The position numbers and the translations under genes were made by a program. From positions 310,001 through 374,000 of the forward strand of contig CBFDEM010000032.1 of NCBI GenBank assembly GCA_965603825.1: a stretch of DNA of 64,000 bases, written 5' to 3'. Source of the stretch: Blepharisma stoltei ATCC 30299. Taxonomy: Eukaryota > Protista > Ciliophora. The notes under the pieces were generated by a model. The model was given only the letters and a program-made list of their open reading frames with translations. It was not told where the DNA came from and made no database searches. Positions 57,201 through 64,000 of this stretch are shown here, one piece after another (the stretch's first letter is position 1; every line of letters begins with the position of its first letter).

Positions 57201-57918
57201 TAGAAAACTGCAGTAGCTGGTATGTGACTTGCAGAGCTTTGACTTTATTAATTAGGTTCTCATAGTCTTTTGCATGGGATTTTTGCTCTTTTAATTTCTT
57301 TTTTTCATTAGTCAGATATGTCAATTTATTAGAAATCGTTTTCATATTTTCTTCGCAGCTTTCCATCTGTGCCTTGCTTTCTTCATAGGCTGCTTTATAG
57401 TCGTCAGATCCTGAAATCTTTTCAAATAGGGCAGTGAGTTCTTTCCCGCTCTTCATAGCTAGAGAGTCCACTTGGCCTTGGAAAATCAAAAAGTTTCTGG
57501 CTTTGACTAAAATATTGAATCTCTGAAGGGTCTCCTGATAAGCATCACTTGCTTGCTTGTTTTCATTTATGAAATATTCACTAATTCCAGTTGGTGAAAT
57601 TGTGCGTTTAAAAATGATTTGTTCATCCTCTTCAGTATAAAAATAAAGCTCTACATAGGTTGAACGACAGTTGTCACTAACTTTTTCGTTCTCTTTACGA
57701 TAGACAAGCTCTTTGAGATTGGTTGCACGAAGATCAGCTGAACGCACTCCAAGGACGAAGCTTATAGCGTCCATTATGTTGCTTTTGCCGCCGCCATTTG
57801 GGCCTATAATAGCAGTGAAGTCTAAGAAAGGGCCAATATCGTGATCCTCTGAGAAGGATTTAAAGTTGTAAAGGTGGAGGTGATCAATACGAGCTCGGGC
57901 GCGATGAGGAACTGACAT
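54298..57918 (-). CDS. SMC1: Structural maintenance of chromosomes protein 1 (cohesin)
   Basis: NFKSF, IIGPNGGGKSNIMDAISFVLG, ILVKARNFLIFQG, hinge domain, PPGKR...MEQLSGGEKTIAALSLLFA, PFYILDEIDAFLD. Confidence 0.95.
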   Translation of the reverse strand: MSVPHRARARIDHLHLYNFKSFSEDHDIGPFLDFTAIIGPNGGGKSNIMDAISFVLGVRSADLRATNLKELVYRKENEKVSDNCRSTYVELYFYTEEDEQIIFKRTISPTGISEYFINENKQASDAYQETLQRFNILVKARNFLIFQGQVDSLAMKSGKELTALFEKISGSDDYKAAYEESKAQMESCEENMKTISNKLTYLTNEKKKLKEQKSHAKDYENLINKVKALQVTYQLLQFSILEREIAGKNKQVDGKKKGLEDARIKKEKSAVGLRESGNNFKQYEQELMNVIDDLANKNNLILIKKPELNKLKENLKQFQLRIQAKEDSLEQLKTNLDNSKKRSEQMKNELIIFDEEIQKKLHEQIQELKVDLDETQKERYMQLKKEAGLRSFMEKKELERVKRELGSKEMNFSYLKQSHNAKLEEKSKLDEDISGLEQQLNRKNDEKSRFEEVRSDTLNEIKKATMKNEKDKERELELVERLRMLEGKVREYETVSLVKKEKEKEKTIVADMMRQNKKVRGFFRDLVVPIQPRYSMAVEASLGSILDYLVVEDAETAAFVHTKLKENSLLKDIVVLENVPEGQVNESLRHQVSNLGTLLPDILTYDRNYGLDKAVLAFAGSRVVAEDINKAESLRRVKGIRQVVTIDGVTIKNGMISSAPSKKRFEKGSQKLDILVKETEDIRAQLHDLQQSLRGENTLANLKQNLVEYENKIASIDNEIAGMSEKMQNLMGNRKDLIKDTKAIENQLNLLQRQISTQKDQLFAIESSISSIEDSVFSDFCRELGIENIKSLEGKGLEEANKLQEEINRLRQEYSKVEWQLSSLNLESSEEAVSRMKSSIAKDKSELTKINDRYQELDKELNKLKDAQAQLKSSEDKLKEEIQRMKDLLTSQQDKFDKTLKACSILEKDLSNEERELEHLYQQKQQRIEEFQMKNLDVPLRRTDDDTPDIDFSGLDVKYVRMSSEQLDKESESIASLIEKESKNLEQLASSGKCTFNQDKLEDLERKEEETTKQLEDFNRLLNDAKANFQEIKEKRRFCFMNMFNSVEGAINRIYKEMTKSSKNNYYGGSALLYVEDSDEPYNGGVVYSPTPPGKRCMYEMEQLSGGEKTIAALSLLFAVHSAMPSPFYILDEIDAFLDFDNCQLLLNYLQKVAEENSQCIIITHKEDFFSNSDSLIGTTFLPLESTSKSFSLDMRGYGPKQMAAI

Positions 57919-58024
57919 TTTAAAGATTTTTGTCTAAAGATACATTAAAATTAATCAATTTTAACTCGCTAAAATATTGGGAAATTAGCAAGTTTATCTA
58001 AATTTTTATAAATTTATCATTTTG

Positions 58025-59029
58025 TTATGTATTTTTATTTTGGTTTTCTGTTAGCATTTTTGGTTTTAACAAAATTTTGCCAGCGCTAGGATTATCTCTA
58101 TAGTAATTCAGCGCGGTATCAATTTCTCCTAAATCAAATTCATTTGCAATATCAGTCTTAAGAGTTCCTGACAGTTCTTTTACAATCTTTTTAAGTACCT
58201 TAATTAGATAATAAACTCCTTTCCTCTTGATAATTTCTTGTGTCCATAATCCTTCTATCTTTTTCCTATTAAATATCAATTCAGCAGGGTCAATTTCAGT
58301 AATTTTTTCCTGACTTAGCATCCCATATACATACACAACTGAGTTTTTTCCTAGCAAATTTATTAAATTTCCAGTCATTTCTCCTCCAACACAGTCAAAA
58401 GCTGCTGTAGCATTTAAGCTATCTATATGCTTTTTCAGTTCATACTCAAAATTCCTACTAGAAGAATTCACTATGTATTTTGCTCCTATTTCCTTCAATG
58501 ATTTTGCTTGTTCATCCCTTCTAACAACATTAATAACAGGAATATTCTCTTTTATACATGATCTTAATATCATTTTTCCTAATGAAGATGCAGCTGCAGT
58601 CTGAATGATTGCCTTATGGCTATTTTCTTTGATGGTATCCATTATGATGACTGCTGCTATAGGATTTGTAAAGCTGCAAGCTCCTTGCTCAAATGAAACA
58701 TCTTTAGGCAATTGCATGCATTTTTTGGCTGATGTGACAACGTATTCGGATCATGTGCCGTTTCCTACATCAGTGAAGCACGCAACCCGCTTGCCTTTCA
58801 AACTTCAGCCTAAAAACCCACTGCCGCTTTCAACTACTGTGCCTGAGCCCTCAAAGCCTGGGATTAATGGATATTGATTTTGGATTCCGCCTCGAAGACA
58901 TATGATATCTGACGGATTTATGGGAGCTGCCTCCATACGGATAAGAACTTCGCCTTTTGCAGGCTTAGGAATTGGGACTTGCTTTAGCCTAAATTTATTT
59001 GGGCCTTGCAAAAGAATAGCTCTCATCAT
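58025..59029 (-). CDS. MDR-family NAD(P)H quinone oxidoreductase / enoyl-reductase-like protein
   Basis: EVLIRMEAAPINPSD, PGFEGSG, GT-W-SEY (TGA 58751), TAAASSLGKM, FDCVGG, GKILL; second TGA=Trp at 58805. Confidence 0.88.
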
Positions 59030-59360
59030 GGAGTTTATTGATAATCATTGTAAAAGACAGTCAGAGCTAACAAAATTAATATCTGGCGTGCTAATTATAG
59101 AAATTTTAAAAGAAAATAATTGTTGTCTGGCTGGAAAATAAAAGAATATTCTGATCATAAAATTTTAATAAATATTCAACATCTTGCAAGTATTTGAATT
59201 TCATCTACCTATATAAAAACGAAATATTAAAAGTTAAAAAAACCAATAAAAAAAGCAACTTAAAAAAATTTGACTACATTCAATGTGCGATTTTTCATTA
59301 TATTCTTTCATTATTTACCAAGTAATATGAGAGTTATTTAATAAGTTAATCCGGGTATAA

Positions 59361-61214
59361 ATGGGGAAGAAAATTCGAGGTGATACCCAATACAATAATG
59401 AAAAGCCGGTCTCATATTGAAAATTCCTGAAATTTACAGCACCTTATTGCTGAAATGGCATCAACTGTTGCCAAAGATTAATCCTTCTTTCCTCGCTAAC
59501 TTTACTTGTAGTTTATAATCTCCTTAAGCTTCTGGCCACAATTGTATTGAAGTCTATTGTCGATCAGCTTGCTGTCGGAGACGTTAACTATTACTACATC
59601 GGTGCCTTTTGCTTGCTCGAGTAAGTTTTAATCAGATTTTTCATTGAGATTTGTAATAGTTTAAAAACTCTTTCGTTCGTCTTTGTGGAATCGAAACTCC
59701 AAACTGAACTTGCAGCAAAAGTGTTCAATCATGTACTAAATCTAAGTATGAAATTCCACATAGCAAGAGAAACGGGAAAAATATTGAGGTGCTTACAAAG
59801 AGGAGCAACGTCAGTGCCTTTAGTGCTCAGAACGCTATTATTTTCGTTTGGGCCAGTAATACTGCAGATTATGTTTGTGATGACTTATCTCTCACTGAAA
59901 TACGAACTTTATTATCCTATGATTGTTCTAGGGACTGTCATTATATATATTATTTTCACTATTTTCGCGAGTGAATGGAGGTCCCAAATCCAGAGAAACA
60001 TTAATGCAAATGATAATAAGTTTTCTCAAAAAGCAACAGATGCTTTATTTAACTTTGAAACAGTAAAGTACTTTAATGCAGAAGACCATGAAACAAAAAG
60101 ATGCAGCGCAGCCTTTTATGAATTTCGGAAAGAAAAAGTAAGGATGCATGCGTCTTTAGTGCTATTAAATACAGGTCAACAAGTTTGTATCATTTTGGGG
60201 ACAAGCATTGCTCTATGCTTAATAGCTTACGAAATATACCTAGGAAATAAAAAAGTCGGGGATTTTGTATTGATGCAAGGCTTTATAAGCCAGATCTACA
60301 CTCCTCTGCAAGCAATAGGTGTCTATTATGATACGATAAAACAAGCAATTATCGATATTGAAGGAGTATTTGGATTATTAAACGAAAAACTAGAAATCGA
60401 AGATAAGCAAAATGCAGTAAAGCTTGACCATTGCAAAGGGGAAATCGAGTTTAAAAATGTAGATTTTGGATATTCACTGGAATATCCTTTAGTGCTAAAA
60501 AATATCAATTTTAAGCTTTCTCCTGGCAAGACTATAGGAATTGTAGGAAAAACTGGCTGTGGGAAAAGCACACTTGTGAGACTTTTGTATAGGTTTTATG
60601 ATGTGACCAATGGATCTATATTGCTAGACGGATATGACATAAAAACCCTTTCCCAGTCATCATTGAGGAGGCATATAGCAATAGTGCCACAAGACTGCAG
60701 TCTATTTAATGATACATTAGGATATAACATAGCATATGGCTCAGCATGGGATCCAAAATTTGATATGAATTCTAAACACACAATTGACAAGATAAAATGG
60801 TCAGCCCACCAAGCTCAGCTTGATAGCTTCACTGAAAAGCTGCATGAAGGGTATCAAACTATGGTAGGAGAAAAAGGAATTCGGCTAAGTGGAGGGGAAA
60901 GGCAAAGGGTGGCTATTGCCAGAGCCATTTTAAAGCAACCATCAATTTTATGCTTCGATGAAGCGACCTCATCACTTGATTCTTTAACTGAAAAGCAGAT
61001 ACAAAATAGCTTAGATATGGTAAGTAGAAATAGGACAACAATTATAATTGCACATAGACTATCCACTATAATGAAAGCTGATGAAATTATTGTACTGAAA
61101 GATGGATGCATCATTGAAAGAGGAACTCATAAACTTTTGCTAGAAATTAATGGATATTATGCTCAATTATGGGCTGAGCAAGAAAGGGAATGCACAAATG
61201 AAGATAATAATTAA
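59361..61214 (+). CDS. ABCB half-transporter, ATM1/ABCB6/HMT1 family; 2 exons
   Basis: ATG 59361, two TGA=Trp, intron 59621-59635. FHIARETG, DALFNFETVKYFNAE, Walker A GKTGCGKS, LSGGERQR, FDEATSSLD, IAHRLST. Confidence 0.92.
59621..59635 (+). other. 15-nt intron (ABCB gene)
   Basis: gtaagttttAatcag; removes an in-frame TAA. Confidence 0.87.
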
Positions 61215-61339
61215 TATTAATTCAGGTCATTACCAATTTAGAATACTGCGCCTATTCTAAACTTTTTGAATTATAAAACTCTTAAGATCACATATTTTGG
61301 TATTCTAATTTATTTCTATTAATAATGGTTCTAAATTGC

Positions 61340-63010
61340 TTAAACTTTTACGTTGTTTTCTTTCGCCCACTTGTTAATGACCCTTACAATATATTCTACC
61401 TGTGGGTTGTTCGTGTTTCTCAAGATCTCCACAGTCTCAACCAATCTGTCTTTGCTTTCTTTTCCAGCTACAACCATCTGAAAAACTCCAACAGCAGCTC
61501 CTCTTTTGCCTTCCCAGTACTCAGGGTCAGGATCAAGTCTTTCCAGCACGTCAAAAGCTTTAAGTGAGTAATAAAACTGTCCCATTCTATAGCAATCATT
61601 CGCGATGAGTTGCAGCAATGAAAAAGATTCATTGGAATTTTCCATATTGAAGTAAATACTCCAAGCCATACTTGGCTTACCATTCATTATATAAGCCCTG
61701 CAAAGTCAGCTTATATACGCATAATCCATTTTTAGTCTTTCATTCTGGATTAGCGACAGCGACTCTTCTGCATCTTTATACTCACCTGCAGCAGCTGATG
61801 CAATGCCAAAGTTCCAATTGAAATCATCATCGCTCGGGAAATAAGCTTTCACTGACTTAAGATAAACAAGCACGTCTTCGAATTGCTGAAGCAAAAAGAA
61901 GCAAGACGCCATGCATTGTCTGCCAGGAATTGTGTCACATTCACTTGCAGAGGCCCCTACGAGCTGAAATAGGGTTTGCGCAAGCTTAAGGTGTTCTCTA
62001 TTTTCTGTTTCTTGTCCAAGCATAGCATAAACGACTCCTTTAAGTATATATTCTCTAGGAACAGTTGGCTCTACATCTTTTATGAGCTTGAAGGCTTCCT
62101 GGACTTCATCATTTCTTAAGTGATAAATTACTAAATTCAAACGAGCCTCAGGAATAATATCAATTAATGGGGGCAACACTTGCAAAGCATTTTCTCCATT
62201 TCTGAATACAACCAGGTTATGTCTTAGCAAATCACTGTCATTAAATACGTTTCCACTTTCAGCAGCCGAAGAAATCCCCTTAAGCTCCTGCTCAGCCGCT
62301 TTTCCATTAAAAAGCTGAAATTGGTTACAAGCCTTTAAATTAACTGCGATCACACTGTCAGGGTGCTGATTTAAGTAAACCTGCAAAATTTCATTGCTAA
62401 CTTCAAAATAGTCTAGCTTGTAGTAGCACAAAGCAACATACACATTGAGTGCATTAAAATCTCTATTATCAAGTAATAATTTTTTATAAATATCATTGGC
62501 TTCATCAAAGTGGCTTCTCAAATAATGGATTGCAGCCATGCACAGCTGATCTGGGGTGCTTTGACCTATTTTCTGATGATAAACCAATACAGCGTTTTCA
62601 TCTCCACGCTTGTGAGCGATATGGAACATAAGTCTTACTAATAAAGGAGTTTCGGGAGCCTTCGTACACTCATCATAAGCTTCGTCATATTGGCATAGGG
62701 CATAATAGCAGCATGCCTTATAAGTATGAAGCTCAGGAGAATATCCAGGATTTTTCATGAGTTCATCATAAGCTTCTATAGCTTTTTTATACTCTCCTGC
62801 ATGAAATGCTGAATATGCCAATCACAGTAACAGCTTTTCGTCTCGAGCGGCTGATTTTTGGATTTCAAGGAATGTTAAGGCGCCTAAAAAGTCTCGGTCG
62901 TCAATAAATGACTGCAGCTTAGGCATTTGCTGCTCTTTTCGCTGGACATTTGGGACAGTTGCTTGCTGATTTGCTTTATGCCTTGATAATGCTGAATTTG
63001 GTCTATTCAT
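61340..63010 (-). CDS. IFT56: Intraflagellar transport protein 56 (TTC26/DYF-13)
   Basis: Three track ORFs joined by TGA=Trp at 62822 and 61706. [69 protein letters not shown]. Confidence 0.95.
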
Positions 63011-63187
63011 TTTTATATTTTGAAATCCTGTTAAAGAGCTTACTTAGCTGTTTCGCTATATATAGCAATTAAAGAAAAAGAATTTTAATTGTTCAGAGCA
63101 ATTTAGGTTTTCTTAATAATTTTAAAAATTGACTTATAAGAAATAAATGAGCGTTTATATGAGCATTTATGACCTTTAATAAATATT

Positions 63188-64000
63188 ATGGGTGTATGCA
63201 TATCTAGAGTAATTGGTCCTCAAATAACTAAAGAAGAATTGAAATCAAAAATATACACAGCGATAGATCTTGAGAAAGTGGGAGCTTTAAGTCATTTATG
63301 AAAAGTCTATATTCGACAGAGACCAAAATTTGTTCCTTTGTTTGACATCAATGAGCCATTGATAGAGATTCAAGGAGTAATTTTAAATTAGGTTGAAATA
63401 AATAGTCTAGCTTTTGCAATTAGGGTAGGAAAGACAAGTATAGTTAAATTTCTTATTGAAAATTGTAAGGCTAAAATTGAAGCAATGAATGATGTGTTCA
63501 ATGCGGTTGGGAAAACTCCAATGGACGTCATTTGTGAGTATGGGCACCTCGATCTCTTGAAATATTACTTACCACTTTATCTTGAATTCAAAGAAATGCA
63601 AGCTACAGAATTTTCAATCCATGAGGAAAAATCAGAAGATTTTTCTATTTTTAATTCAAAATTCCTCCAAAAAAAGCCGATGAAAGGTGCATCGGCCATA
63701 CAGAGAGCTTGTGAAAGAGGTAAAATTGATATTGTTGATTTTCTTATTAATTATTTTGATAGTAAATCTATACCGGATGAGTTTAATGTACATAATGAAG
63801 ACGAAAGAACAGGTGAAAATTGTGCTTTAATAAGCTGCCGAAACGGAAACCTCGCACTTGCGATGCTTCTTTATAAGAAGTGCAATGCAGATTTTCACAA
63901 ATTGAATAAAAGATCAGAAAATGCAATACAATTAGCAACTATTGGAGCCAATAAATATCCTTACCGAAAACATCTGGATTTATTGAAGTTTTTAATTGAA
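63188..64000 (+). CDS. N-acylated ankyrin-repeat protein (3' end runs off the window)
   Basis: MGVCIS start, one TGA=Trp, intron 63377-63391. Ankyrin repeats SLAFAIRVGKTSIVKFLIE, GKTPMDVICEYGHLDLLKYLL, SAIQRACERGKIDIVDFLI. Confidence 0.8.
63377..63391 (+). other. 15-nt intron (ankyrin gene)
   Basis: gtaattttaAattag; contains an in-frame TAG. Confidence 0.85.

Noticed and set aside
59361-61214. Bacterial origin (HGT or contamination) of the ABC transporter or MDR oxidoreductase
   Set aside because: Both use TGA=Trp, the ABC gene has a 15-nt intron, and both families are normal in eukaryotes.

Overview
This is gene-dense, AT-rich eukaryotic DNA, not prokaryotic. Two properties explain the fragmented ORF track. 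(1) TGA encodes tryptophan: about 50 in-frame TGAs, many at invariant Trp positions, and every complete gene ends in TAA or TAG. (2) Genes are split by tiny GT-AG introns: I resolved 18 (13 of 15 nt, 4 of 16 nt, 1 of 20 nt), nearly all with an A six bases from the 3' end. This combination points to a heterotrich ciliate macronuclear genome of the Blepharisma type (inference). Re-reading with these rules gives about 38 protein genes and 2 pseudogenes (GPx, NSF). Most notable: a STIL/Ana2/SAS-5-like centriole protein with STIL_N domain, coiled coil and STAN-like tail; an ESRP/fusilli-like exonuclease-fold plus qRRM protein; a double claudin-like membrane protein whose RING-H2 finger appears only after splicing two tiny introns; a kinesin missing the end of its motor domain; a 20-nt intron with a nested 16-nt decoy; a tailless uL10/P0 paralog; and several apparent pseudo-enzymes. 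No rRNA, tRNA, CRISPR array, telomere tract or transposon was recognised. Family calls are from motif recognition by eye, not database searches.
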